From the NCBI RefSeq assembly GCF_009914755.1, contig NC_060935.1: DNA of 64,000 nucleotides; one strand, written 5' to 3'. The notes under the pieces are model-generated. The model ran no database searches. It was not told where the DNA came from and worked only from the letters and a program-made list of their open reading frames with translations. Positions 1 to 17,389 of the stretch are shown here, one piece after another. The first letter of the stretch is position 1. Each line of letters starts with the position of its first letter. The position numbers and the translations under genes are program-made. This DNA is from the human T2T-CHM13v2.0 reference genome, Homo sapiens.

Positions 1-1874
1 TGATTAGGTCCACTTTACGTTCAGGACCACAGACCTCAGATGGACATACTCAGCACTGCCCAGCATCTCTATTATGTTTCCCTGGTATGTTTATTTGCCT
101 GCCATATTTTCTATTGCTGTATAACACATGCCCCAAAATCTAGTGGCTAAAAAAATACCCATTTATTTTATTATTATTTTTTAAAAAATGATAGACATGA
201 GGTCTCATATGTTGCCCAGGCTGGTTTCAAACTCCTGAGTTCAAGCAATCCTCCTGCCTCAGCCTCCCAAAGTGCTAGGATTACAGGCATGAGCCACTGC
301 ACCTGGACAATATCCATTTCTTATCTTATAGCCTGTAGGTCAGAAGTCCTGGTGGGCTCAGCTGGTTCTCTGGTCAGGGTCCCACAAGACCAAATTCAAG
401 GTGTCAGCTGGGCTGGACTCATGTCTGGAGGCTTGGGGCAAGGATCGACTTCCAGGTTCATTCAGGTTGTTGGTAGACTCCAATTCCTCATGGCTGCAGG
501 TGTGTGGCCCCTATTTCCTTGCGTTAAAGAAAAATCTGAGGCGCAATAATGTTTTTGAGTTTATTTGAGTAAGAAGCAATTGATGAATTGGGAAACACCA
601 AACTGAAGAGGTCTGTTCTGGCGGCAAGCCATCAGGGGCAAGTATTTATGGGGTAAATACAGAAGCAAAATCAATAAATTATTTGGTTGGTTGCAATTAT
701 ACAATTGCCTTATTTGGCCTATCCTGTTGGAAAGTCCTTGGTTATATAGTATAACTGTTTTGGCTATTTCTGACTGGTTGAGCCTATGATTTGTTTTTCC
801 TTAATATAGGCATTTATAAGAAAAAAGTCAAGTTTCACTTATGTTTGCAAATCAAGCAAGGTTTAGGTCTCGTTATGAAGCCTCACTGGTTTTGTCTGCT
901 CAGGGATTCTTCAGGCCTAGTATCTCTTTAAATTTACTCTAAGAGCTCCCCGCTTTTGGTCATTCTCCCAGCAAGCTGAGAGTGTGACCGAACAGTATAG
1001 CATTACTCTCGGTAACCAGGTTACCATTATTGACTAGTTACTGGAACAAAGAATCGTGTAGATGTTGTCATTCTCAACAGTTGCATTGGAATGTAAGGTC
1101 AGGTAGTTATCATTATCTGCAGTTGCAGAGTCATCATAGGCTTGAGTGGTGGGGTTGTTGCGTTCTTCTAGTTGTCTAATCCTGACGGCAATTGTTTGAT
1201 GTGTGAGTGGTTAGGGTCTCACACCTGAATGCTGCTGGAAAGCATTCAAATCCCTTGAGAGGATACAGTGGACTACAGAGATGAAAACCATGATTATAAG
1301 GAGAATAATAGCCAATAATTGAAAATTCTCTGGAGCAGACATTGAGCTCAGGAGTTCAAGACCAGCCTGGCCAACATGGTGAAACCCCATCTCTACTAAA
1401 AATACAAAAAGCCAAGAATTAACCCATTAAATAAATCAGTAGATCAGGTAGATCGCACCTATCTGATGAGGAACTTACATTTGTTTAAGATCATTTGAAT
1501 TGGGGGCAATAATTTCTTTTTTTTTTTTAAATTATTTCCATAGGTTTTTAGGGGAACAGGTGGTATTTGGTTACATGAGTAAGTTCTTTAGTGGAGATCT
1601 GTGAGATTTTGCTGCATCCATCACCTGAGCAGTGTACACTGAACCCAATTTATGGTCTTTTATCCCTCACCTTCCTCCCACCCTTTTCCCTGAGTCCCCA
1701 AAGTCCACAGTATAATTCTTACACCTTTGCATCCTCATAGCTTAGCTCCCACTTATAAGTGAGAACATATGATGTTTGGTTTTCCATTCCTGAGTTACTT
1801 CACTTAGAATAATAGTCTCCAGTTTCATCCAGGTTGCTATAAATCCATTAACTCCTTTTTATGGCTGAGTAGTA

Positions 1875-1877
<3 letters not shown>

Positions 1878-1926
<49 letters not shown>

Positions 1927-1939
1927 TATATAAATATAT
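1878..1939. repeat. (TA)n microsatellite
   Basis: About 21 pure TA units followed by two TAAATATA variants. Confidence 0.97.
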
Positions 1940-2126
1940 CACAGTTTCTTTATCCACTCATTGATTGATGGGCGTTTGGGTTGGTTCCATATTTCTGCAG
2001 TTGTGAATTGTGCTGCTATAAACATGCATGTGCAAGTATCTTTTTTGTAAAATGACTTGTTTTCTGGGTAGATACTCAATAGTGGGATTGCTGGATCAAA
2101 TGGTAGTTCTACTTCTAGCTCCTTAA

Positions 2127-2540
<414 letters not shown>

Positions 2541-3145
2541 CCCATTATTTTTTGATTATGGCCATTCTTGCAAGAATAAGGCTGTATCACACTGTGGTTT
2601 TAATTTGCATTTCCCTGATCGTTAGTGACGTTGAGCATTTTTTCATATGTTTGTTGGCCATTTGTATATCTTTTTTTGAGAATTGTGTATTCATGTCCTT
2701 AGCCCACTTTTTGATGGGATGGTTTGTTTTTTTCTTGCTAATTTGTTTGAGTTCCCTGTAGATTCTGGATATTAGTCCTTTTTTGGATGTATAGGTTGTG
2801 AAGATTTTCTCCCACTCTGTGGGTTGTCTGTTTACTCTGCTGACTGTTCCTTTTGCTGTACAGGAGCTCTTTAGTGTAATTAAGTCCCACCTATTTATCT
2901 TTGTTTTTGTTGCATTTGCTTTTGGATTCTTAGTAATGAAGTCTTTGCCTAAGCCAATGTCTAGAAGAGTTTTTTTTCCCAATGTTATCTTCTAGAATTT
3001 TTATAGTTTCAGGTCTTAGATTTAAGTCCCTGATCCATCTTGAGTTGATTTTGTATAAGGTGAGAGATGAGGATCCAGTTTCATTCTCCTATATGTGGCT
3101 TTCCAGTTATCCCATGGGGCAATAATTTCTAATTTATTGACATAG

Positions 3146-3304
<159 letters not shown>

Positions 3305-4211
3305 TGACTAATTTTTGTATTTTTTTTGGAGATGGGGTTTCTCCACAGTGCCCAGGCTGGTCTCAAAACCCTAGGCTCGAGTGAACTGCCCACTTTGGCC
3401 TTCCAAAGTGCTGGGATTATAAGTGTGAGCCACCATACCTGGTAAAACATTTTTTTAATCAATAAAAGCACAAGCTCTTCTTTGTTAAACTGTGAGGTAT
3501 CAAGCACTCCTGTTTTGGAGTATTTTTGAGGCTAAATTGTTCATTTCAGATTATATTGCTCGAAGAGTATTCAAGTTATCATTCTATGAAAACAAAGGAA
3601 AAACGAAGATTAATATTTGGAGCAAATTATGATCTTAGTCTTTGTGTCTGGAGGGTCAAGATTTGTAGATTTGACTTTGAAGTATCTTTAGATGGTGGAA
3701 TGAAGATGGCATTTGAGAGCTGGTTATATCATCAGGTGGTGTTCTGGTGAACTCACATAGCAGCAGGCATAAAGGTTGTCTATACATGGTCTGTTGCAGT
3801 GATTTTTTTCTGAAGTTTGAAGTCATCCAGTTTCAGCTTTTAGGACTTGAGAAAAGGGCAGTTTTAGTTTTTAATGAAACTAGAAAACTTGAGGATTCAA
3901 TCCAGTTTATAGATGGATAACAAATCTCAAAGAAAATAAACAGGACTAGAATTTGGTAATTGGTGCGCTACAGTTTTCTATTGAAATGTAATCTTTTTAA
4001 TAGTCACTCATTTTTATAAAAAATAGTCACAGTTAAATTTTTTTAACAAAATAAGTCTTGTTTCAATAAGGTAGATCTGATTATATAAGTGCAACACAGA
4101 TATTAATTCCATGTAAGTTTTAAAATATGATATTTTAGTCAGTGCTTTGGTAATATCCAAGGGGCTTTACTGACTTTGTATCCATCAACTTTAGTTTTTT
4201 AAAACTATCTG

Positions 4212-4840
4212 GTATCAGCACTCCCTTAGCCACCCCGGCTGATGTCTCAGTAAGTTGTGTGCCTCTACAGTCCACTGGCTTTGGGCTCAGTTCAGCACTA
4301 GGACTCGCCTAGGAGTTGCAGTCCTTGTGACCTAGACTGCCTTTCAAGTTTCTTTAGAGCCCCAGAGCACTTTAGCCCATGGTGGCGAGGCTTGTGGGGA
4401 ACTCAAGTTCACGCTGCTGGGATTGGCAATTCCCCTCTGGCTAGGGCTGCTTTAAATGCTCCCCCCATGGGTGGGCATTAACTGAGTTTGGTCTGGTTTT
4501 GTTTTCTGCTATAACAGGGCACCACTGAGTTCAGTACTTCAAAATTGCCGTGCTCTACCTCTCCCCAGTGCACAAAAACACTCTCCACACCAAGCTGCTG
4601 CTGCTGGGGGATGGAGGGATGGCGTCAGCGATTCAAGACTGTTTTTCCTACCTGTTCAGCACTTCTTTCAGCGATATGAAGTTAAATCCAGGTACTATGA
4701 GTGCTCACTTGATTTTTGTTTCTTATGAAGGAGCTTTTTGTGTGTGTGTGTGTGTGTGTGTAGATAGTTGTTAAATTGGTGTCCTTGCCAGGGAGGAGGG
4801 GACAATTAGTGGAGTCTCTTATTCTGCCATCTTGCTCTTC
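4212..4840 (-). mobile_element. Isolated L1 5' UTR fragment (L1PB/L1M type) containing (TG)n
   Basis: Minus strand begins GAAGAGCAAGATGGCAGAATAAGAGACTCC, a typical L1 5' terminus; (TG)n at 4741-4761. Confidence 0.7.
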
Positions 4841-5054
4841 CTCAATATGCTCTTTCTTGCAGATCTTTTACAACTCTCTATATTTGTTCAGTTTGCATCT
4901 TACTTGTTTTCTTCTTTATTATTCTGGAACAATCCTCTTGTTTTTAAGATAACATCATTCTCTTTTTCCTTTAAAGGAAACACATTCCTTATATACTTTT
5001 TCTTGCTAAAAACTCATCTACTTTTAAAATACATTTTTTATATACAGTTGTTTT

Positions 5055-6220
<1,166 letters not shown>

Positions 6221-6329
6221 TAAAATTCTTAACCCCTAGTAACCTTAATTTCTAGTGACAATTCCTTTCTAGTGGAAAGGAAGCACGTGATTTTGTAATT
6301 TTGATTTTTACAATTTTATTCCTTTTTAT

Positions 6330-7207
<878 letters not shown>

Positions 7208-8360
7208 ATGTCACCTACAAAGGAAAACAGTAATTCTCCAGTAACAGATCTCAATCATAAGGAAATATATGAAATGTCAGAAAAAGAATTTAAAATAATA
7301 ATCTTAGGGAAACTCAGTGAGACACAAGAGACTACAAATAGACAATTCAATGAAATCAGGAAAATAATTCATGATATGAATGAGAAATTTAACAGAGTAT
7401 ATAACAAAGGGTCCAATAAAAATCCTAGAGCTGTAGAATTCAATGAAGGAAATAAAAAATACAATGGAGATCTTTAACAACAGACTAGACCAAGCAGAAG
7501 AAAGAATTTCTAAACTTGAAGACAAGTCTTTTGAAATCACACAGGCAGACAAACAAAACAAAACAGAAAAAAAAGAAGAAAGCCTACAGGATTTGTGGGA
7601 TACTATTAAGTGGACAAATATTCATATTATGGGCATTTCAGAAGGAAAAGAGAAGAGAAAAGGTGAGAAAAACATATTTAATGAAATAATAGCGAAAGAC
7701 TCCCCAAGTCTTAGGAGAGAAATGGACATCTGGGTGCAGGAAGCTCAAATAACCCCAAATAGATTCAACCCAAACAGGTCCTCTCTGAGGCACATTATAG
7801 TCACATTGTCAAGGGTCAAAGACAAAGAAATAATTTAAAGCAGGAAGGGAAAAGTGTCAAGTCACATGTAAGAGAATCCTTATTAGACTAACAGTGGATT
7901 TCTCCCACCAGAAACCCTGTTACAGGCCAGGAGAGAATGGGATAGTATATTCAAAGTACTGAAAGAAAAAAGCTGTCAGCCAAGAATATATACCCAGCAA
8001 AGCTACTCTTCAGAAATGAAGGAGAAATAAAATCTTTCACAGATAAGCAAACACAGAGAGAATTCATTACCACTGGATCAGCTGTACAAGAAATGCTCAA
8101 AGGAGTTTTACATTGGGAAGAAACGACGATAACCACCATCATAAAAACATGCAAAACTATATAACTAATTGGTAGAGCTGATACATAAACAAGAAAGAGA
8201 AAGCAGTCAAATCTTATCACTACAGAAAACCACTCAATTCCAGACATAAGCAATAGGAGAGGAAGTAAGGAACAAACAATGTGCAAGACAATTAGAAAAC
8301 AATAAAATGACAAAAGTAAGTCCTCACCTATAAATAATAACCTTGAATGTAAATGGACTA

Positions 8361-8513
<153 letters not shown>

Positions 8514-11500
8514 TTAAAGAATTAGCTGGGTGTGGTGGCACATGCCTGTAGTCCCAGCTACTTGGGAGGCTGAGGCAGGAGGATCACTTCAGCCCAGGAG
8601 TTTGAGGCTGCACTGAGCTATGATCATGTCACTGCACTCCTGCTTGAGCAACAGAGCAATCCCCTGCCTCTAAATAGATTAGATAGATAGATAGATAAAG
8701 ATTAGCTGAATGGATTAAAAAAAAAAAGACCCAACTATATGCTGCCAGTGAGAAACTCACCTCACCTATAAAGATACACATAGACTGAAAGTGAAGGGAT
8801 GGCAAAAGATATTTCATGTGAATGGAAACCAAAAGTGAGCAGGCATAGCTATACTTAGACAAAATAGGCTTTGAGTTAGAACCTGTAAAAAGAGAAAAAG
8901 AAGGATATTATATAATAGGGGATTAATTCAGCAAGAAAAATGTAACAGTTGTAAATACATATACACCCAACACTGGAGCACCCACATATATTAAGCAAGC
9001 ATCATTAGATCTAAAAGGAAGATAAACCCTCAATACAACAATAGTTGGGGACTTCAACACCCCACTCTCAGCATTGGACACATCATCTAGACAAAATCAA
9101 CAAAGAAACATCAGATTTAAACCGCATCATAGACTAAATGGATCTAACAACAGACATTTACAGAATGTTTCACCGAACAGCTGCAGAATATACATTCTTT
9201 TCATTAGCACATGGAATATTTTCCATGATTGACCATACATTAGGAGAGAAACAAGTTTCACAAAATTTGTTAAACAATTGAAATCATATTAAGTATTTTA
9301 TCTGACTGTAATGGAATAAAACTAGACATCAAGAACAAGAGAAACATTTGATACTATACAAATACATGGGAATTAAACAACATGATCCTGAATGACTAAG
9401 TAAAGGAAGAAATTAGGAATGAAATTTAAAAATTTATTGAAACAAATGAAAATAGAGACACAACATAGCAAAACCTATGGGAGATAGCAAAAGCAGTAGC
9501 AAGAGGCAAGTTTATAGCAATAAATGCCTACACCAAAAAACTAGAAAATGGCTGGATGCCACGGCTCACATCTGTAATCCCAGCACTTTGAAGGGGCCAA
9601 GACAGGAGGATCATCTGAGGCCAGGAGTTTGAGACCAGCCTAGGCAACAGGTAGAGACCGTCTCTACCAAAAATAAAAAACTTAGCCAATTGTAGTGGTG
9701 CAAATTTGTAGTCCTAGCTACTTGGGAGGCTGAAGCAGAGGATCACTTAAGCCCAGGAGTTCAAGGCTGCAGTGAGCTATGCTTGCATCACTGTACTCCA
9801 GCTTGGGTGACAGAGTGAAACTCTATATCTTAAAAATAATAAAAAAAACCTAGAAATATTTCAAATAAACAACCTAACAATGCACCTCAAGAAACTGTAA
9901 AAGCAAAACTGAGTAAAGCCTAAAATTAGTAGAAGAAAATAAATAATAAAGACCAGAGCAGAAATAAATGAAGTTGAGACTAAAAAACCAATACAAATAT
10001 CAACAAAACAACAAATTGTTTTTTTTGAGAAGATAAACAAAATTGACAAACTATTAGACTAAGAAAAAAAGGGAGAACACCCAAATAAAATCAGAATTGA
10101 AAAAGGAGATGTAACAATGGATGCCACAGAAATAAAAAGGATCATTAGAGACTACTCTGAACAACTATACACCAATAAATTTGAAAACCTAGAGGAATTG
10201 AGCAAATTCTTGGACACATACAAAGTACCAAGATTGAACCAAGAAGAAATAGAAATCCTGAAAGACCAAAAACAAGTAATGAAACTAAATCAGTAGTAAA
10301 AAGTCTTCTAACAAAGAAAAGTCCAGGACAGGATGGCTTCAGCATTCAATTCTACTGGACCTTTAAGGAATAATTAATACCAATTCTTCTCAAACTTTTC
10401 CAAAAATTTGAAGCTGGGGGAATTATTTGTAACTCATTCTATGAGACCAACATAATCCTGATATGAAAACCAGACAAGGACAAAACAGCAACAACAAAAC
10501 TACAGGTCAATATCCCTGATGAATGTAGATGCAAAAATCCTCAACAAAATGCTAGCAAGCCAAATCCAACAACACATCAAAAGGATAATACACCATGATC
10601 CAGTGGGATTTATTCCAGGAATGCAAGGATGGTTCAATATATGCAAATCAATAAACATCATACATCATATCAATAGAATGAAGGACAAAAACATATGGTT
10701 CTCTCAATAGATGCAAAAAAAGCTTTTGATAAAATTCATCACTTTATGCTAAATACTCTTAATAGGTATAGAAGGAAAGTATCTCAACATAATAAAGGAC
10801 ATATATGACAAACCCACAGCTAACATTTTACTGAATGGGGAAAAGCTGAAAGTTTTTCCTCAAGAACTGGAACACAACAAGGATGCTCACTCTCACCACT
10901 TCTATTCAGTATAGTCCTGGAAGTCCTAGCCAGGGCAATTAGGCAAGGAAAAGGAAATAAAGGGCATCCACATTGGAAAGGAGGAAGTCAAATTGTCCCT
11001 CTTTGCAGTTGACATGATCTTCTGTACAGAAAAACCTTAAAACTCTAGCAAAAAATTCTTAGAACTGATAAACGAATTCAGTAAAGTTGCAGGATACAAA
11101 ATTAATATAAAAAACCAGTAGCATTTTAATACATCAATGACAAATTAGCTGAAAAAGAGATCAAGAAGGCAGTCACATTTACAACTACAAAGTACTGATG
11201 AAAGAAACTGAAGAAGTTACAAATGAAAAGATATCTCATGTTCATGGATCAGGAGAATTAATATTGTTGAAATGACAATACTACCCAAAGCAATCTGCAG
11301 TTTCAGTGCAATCGCTATCAAAATACCAATGACATTCTGCACAGAAATAGAAAAAAAATCCCAAAATTTGTATGGACTCACAAAATATCCTGAATAGCCA
11401 AATCAATCTGGAACAAAAAGAACAAAACCGGAGGGATCACACTTCTAGACCTCAAGATATACTACAAAGCTGCAGCAACTCAGCATAGTACTGGCCTACA

Positions 11501-14500
11501 AAACAGACACATAGACCAATGAAACAGAATAGAGCACCCAGAAATTAATCCACCTATCTACAGCCAACTGATTTTTGACAAAGTTACCAAGAACACTCAC
11601 TGGTGAAAGGACAGTCCCTTCAATGAATGGTGCTGGGAAAACTAGACATCCATATGCAGAAGAATGAAACTAGACCCCCACCTCTCACCATATACAAAAA
11701 CCAACACAAAAAGGATCAGAGAACTAAATGTAAGACTGGAAATGATAAAACTACTAGAAGAACACATAGGGGAAACCCTTCAGGATATTGGCCTGGGAAA
11801 ATATTTTATGAATAAGACCTCAAACAGACAGGCAACAAAAGCAAAAATAAACAAATGGGATTATCTCAAACTAAAAAGCTTCTGCACGGCAAAGGAACAA
11901 CAAATTGAAAAGACAGCCTACAGAATGAGAGGAAATATTTGCAAACTATCTATCTGACAGGGGATTAATGTTCAGAATATACAAAGACCTGAAGTATCTC
12001 AATAGTAAAAAACCAGATGATACAATTAAAAAATTGGCAAATGATCTGAACAGACATTTCTCAAAAGAAGAGTCCAGAGAGAGCCTGGATGGGTGCGCTC
12101 AGTGCAGCAGCTCCTAGAGCTTCCTCCTTGGCTTCAGCCTTGCTGCTTAGGAAGGTGCAGGCCCTGCCACCATCTGCGTGGTGTAGTGGTGGTCCCCAAG
12201 TACCCCCAGCTGGCATGGGCCTGGCCGTGGCGTGAGCATGGAGCCCACGGGAGCCCCAGGCAGGAGTCTGGTGGGCCAGTAGCTCCAAGACCACATGGAC
12301 ACCATGCTGCCACTGCCATCTTCCTTCCTTCCTGGGGCCTGCTGACGCCTCCAGTGTTGGCTGTTCTGCACGAAACAATTCCTCAACACGTTCCTTAGGC
12401 ATGGTCTCCTTCAAGGTGTAAAGGGCTTGTTCTCTTCCCAGTTCCCTGCTCATATGTACCCTAGCCAACGTGTGGAGCAAGAAACAATTTCTCCTCTGCA
12501 CTGTCTTCTTTCCCTGCTCCCCAGTCCCACTAATGAGGATCAGCCCATGGTGGTATTTTGCTATTATTTCTGTGTCTGGTGTCTTCTCAGCCCCATTCTC
12601 TGTGATGTTTACTTGTGTAGCTGATGTCACTCAGGAGCAGAGCAAAGTACTGCTCATGGCTGGGCCTCAGCCACCTTTATAGCTCCTCTGGGCAACAGCC
12701 CGGCCATCGGAACACACCTTTCTGCCAGCTGTGGAGACAGCCTCGGGCTGGTTGCTGCAAGGCTTGCTCTCTGGACAGCTGCTTCATCTTAGTGGCTGTT
12801 CTGGAATCTCTGTCTGAGAAAATGAGACAGTTTCCCGGGGAGTTCAGATTTCTTGGAAACAAGCTGTCTCTTTTGCGTCATTGAAGAAAGTTGGAAAAAA
12901 ATTCTACTGTCTTACTAACCTGCATCACTGTGTTTCTTGCATGCCTTCCTGAAGCAGGACAGTGTTTAAGTTTTTTTTTTTTTTTTTTTTTTTATCTCAT
13001 GCAGGTCATAGGTTTTGGATCTGTTGAAATTGCAGCATTCATAGCTATGGTAGAAATTGTTTGTTATGGCTCAGATGGTCTTTCTTACCATCTTGATGAG
13101 ATCATTAGGGAATAAGAATATTGTCTTCCTTGGCATGGGCTTTTAGAGACTCCAGTTAGCTCAGTATGCTTTTGGATCTGAAGCCTGGATGATGTGGTCA
13201 GTGGGGACTGTGGCCACCATGTTCACCATTACATTTCCAGTAATCAATGCCTTTGTCTCTCAGAATGCAGAGTCAGATTGGCAAGGAGTTGCCTAAGAGA
13301 TCGTAACTGGAATAAGAGGACTATGCAATGGTCTGGGGCCAGCACTGTATGGCTTCATATTCTACATGTTCCATGTGGAACTGACCAGATCGGGCCCGAA
13401 ATTGAATACTAACGATGTTACCCTGCAGGGAGCTGTCATCCCAGGCCTGCCATTTTTACCTGGGCATGTACAGTTCCTATGTCTTTTCTGGTTGCCTTAT
13501 TCATCCCTGAATACAGGAAAGGCAGGGGAGTTCAAAAATATAGCAGCAGTGGCAGTGACAGCCTGACCAACATCCCAGAATGGGGCAGTGATGAGGACAG
13601 TGAGCCACTGCTGCAAGACAGTAGCATCTGGGAGCTCTCTTTGTTCAAGGAGCCTGAGAATCAGTGCACTGAAATATAACTTGGCAGAAAAAGGGGATCC
13701 CATCTCTGAGAGCCAGGTGGGAACCACACCACATGGAGACTTTGTGGTGCTGGATGGGAGGGCCAAGTTTTGTAAATACCCACTCTATCCTTCTCCACTT
13801 CCTCCTCTCCCTCCTCTTATTCTTTTTCTTTCTGTTCGTACATTAGAATAAGGTAAGGTTTGGAATACTTCTCTGCAAATAATGTGCAACTCTCAAGGTA
13901 AAACTCAAATAGAAAAGTCATGTCTCTGGGAGAAAGGATGGCTTTTCTGTAATGACTCTGAAGTAAGAGTGACAACAGTCTTTCCATGCCCTTTCCAGCA
14001 GAAGGTGCAGGATTGGAGGGGGACTGCCATATTTGGCAAGATTTCAGGTAAAGAATCCCTTCTTATTTTCTTCCTTCTTGTTTCTCTTAATTAGTCCATA
14101 GGTGCTGAGTGGCCACTCTTAAGAGTCACTCAGGAATCTATTGCCTTTGTTCAAAGGTCAAATGAAAACCTAGTTTTACTCTCCTTTTACTTTCTCTACT
14201 TCCTATTCTTGGCTAGAATGAAACTCAACATATATACATCTCTGGACATTAATAATATTTAATAGTGATTACCTTTATTATATGAAGGAGCTTTTTCTTA
14301 TAAATTTAAATCGTGTAGAACTTGCAACTCAGATTTATGAACTTAGTAACCTGATAGGATCCAAGGTGATTTTACAGAAGGAAAAAAACCCCTCAAGCAT
14401 TCTGGTGGCAATATAGAAAGTGGAGGGTGCTTCCAAGAAAGTTTTTAAAATTTTGAAATTCCTAAGCGAGAATGAGAGTTAGTCAGTAGATACTAGTAGA

Positions 14501-14868
14501 GTTTATATCCAAGTTCAGACTCACAATGCATTATTATGATTTGCTCCTTCCCATGTCTCCCATGTCCTGCTTCTCAAGCAATTTTTCTCATCTGTCACAC
14601 TCCTGCCTTAACTGCTCTGTGGTATGTGTTTGTTTTCAATTAATCTTTATTTCAATCTGTTTATCTGACTTTTGAATCTCATGGAATGCTGCACATCAAA
14701 TTCCTTTCCGAAATATTGTGGTTTTATGAAGCTCAGTTTCACAATGAATGTCTTGATAATTTCTTGAGATGTTTTGTGGACAAAGAAAACTACAAATTTA
14801 TATGTATTTTGCTGCACCAGTAAATGGACTGCTAGCTAGGGCCCACCTTTAACAGAGCACTCCTTTGA

Positions 14869-15212
<344 letters not shown>

Positions 15213-15276
15213 AGGGGTTTTAATTTTTGATGGGGTGCTGTGTAAATCTTGTTTTTATAAATGTAATGAAGGTATT

Positions 15277-15568
<292 letters not shown>

Positions 15569-16215
15569 TAACGAAGGTATTAACAGAAAAAAACAAAAAA
15601 CAACTCTTATAAAAAAAAAAAAAGACATACAAATGGCTGACAAAAACATAAAAAATGCTCACTATCACTAGTCACTAGGGGAATGCAAATCAAAACCACA
15701 ATGAGGTATCATCTCACCCAGTTAGGATGGCTATAATCAAGTAGACAGAAAATGACAAATGCTGGCAAGGATGTAGGGAAAAGGGAACTCATATGCTGTT
15801 GGTGGGAATGCAAATTAGTATAACCATTATGCTGTGGGGCGTGTGGAGGTTCCTTAAAAAACTACAAATAGAACTACCATATGATCTGGCAGTCCAACTA
15901 CTGGGAATTTATCCAAAGGAAAAAAAAATCATTATATTGGAGAGACACCTTGCACCCCCATGTTTATTGCAGCACTATTTATGATAGCTAAGATATGGGC
16001 TCAACCTAGGTGTCCAACAACAGATGAATGGATAAAGAAAATGTGGTATATAAACACCATGGCATACTATTCAGCCATAAAAAGAATGAAATCCTGTCAT
16101 TCATGGCAATGTGGATGGAACTGGAGGATATTATGTTAAGTGAAATAGGCCAGGAATAGAAAGTTAAACACTGCATGTTCTTATTCATATGTGGAAGCTA
16201 AAAAAAGTTGATCTC

Positions 16216-16620
<405 letters not shown>

Positions 16621-16626
16621 CTATAG

Positions 16627-16969
16627 CAGCTGTCCCCAACCTTTTTGGCACCAGGGACCAGTTTCATGGAAGACAGTTTTTCCATGGACTGGGTGAGGGG
16701 CTGCGGCAGATGGTTTCAGGATGAAACCATTCCACTTTAGATCATCAGGCATTAGTTAGATTCTCATAAGGAGCGTGCAGCCTAGATCCCTCGCTTGCAC
16801 ATTTCACAATAGGGTTCACGCTCCTGTGAGAATCTAATGCTGATGTGACGGGAGGCGGGGCTCAGGTGGTAACGCTCACTCTCCTGCTGCTCACCTCCTG
16901 CTGTGTTGTTGGGTTCCTAATAGGCCATGGATTGGTACAGGTCCATGGCCCGGGGGCTGGGGAACCCTG
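16627..16969. mobile_element. MER1B-like hAT-Charlie MITE
   Basis: Termini cagctgtccccaac...ctggggaaccctg; 8-bp TSD ttctatag (16619-26) and ttctacag (16970-77). Confidence 0.88.
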
Positions 16970-17389
16970 TTCTACAGCACTGCGGGATGACTATAGTTAG
17001 CAACAATATACTCTATAGTTTCAAATAGCTAGAAGGAGGATATTGAATGTTCCCAACACAAATAAATGATTAATGTTTGAGATGGATATGCTAATTATCC
17101 TGATCTTATCAGCATACATTATATGTATCAAAATATCACTATGTACTCTATGAATGTATGCAATAATCATAATAATTATTATTATTCGAGACAGGGTATT
17201 GCTGTGTTGCCCAGGCTGGAGTGCCCAGGCTGGAGCCATCATAGCTCACTGGAGCCTCGAACTCAGGCTCAAGCTATCCTCCTGCCTTGGCCTCCCAAAG
17301 TGCCAGGATTACAGGCATGAGCCACCATGCCCAGCCTGTATAATTATTATTTGTCAATTAAAAATTAAAATAAATTGAAAAATTTTTAA

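Noticed and set aside
12061-12630. 189-aa minus-strand ORF
   Set aside because: Antisense shadow of the MFSD14B retrocopy, starting at GTG; no independent coding evidence.
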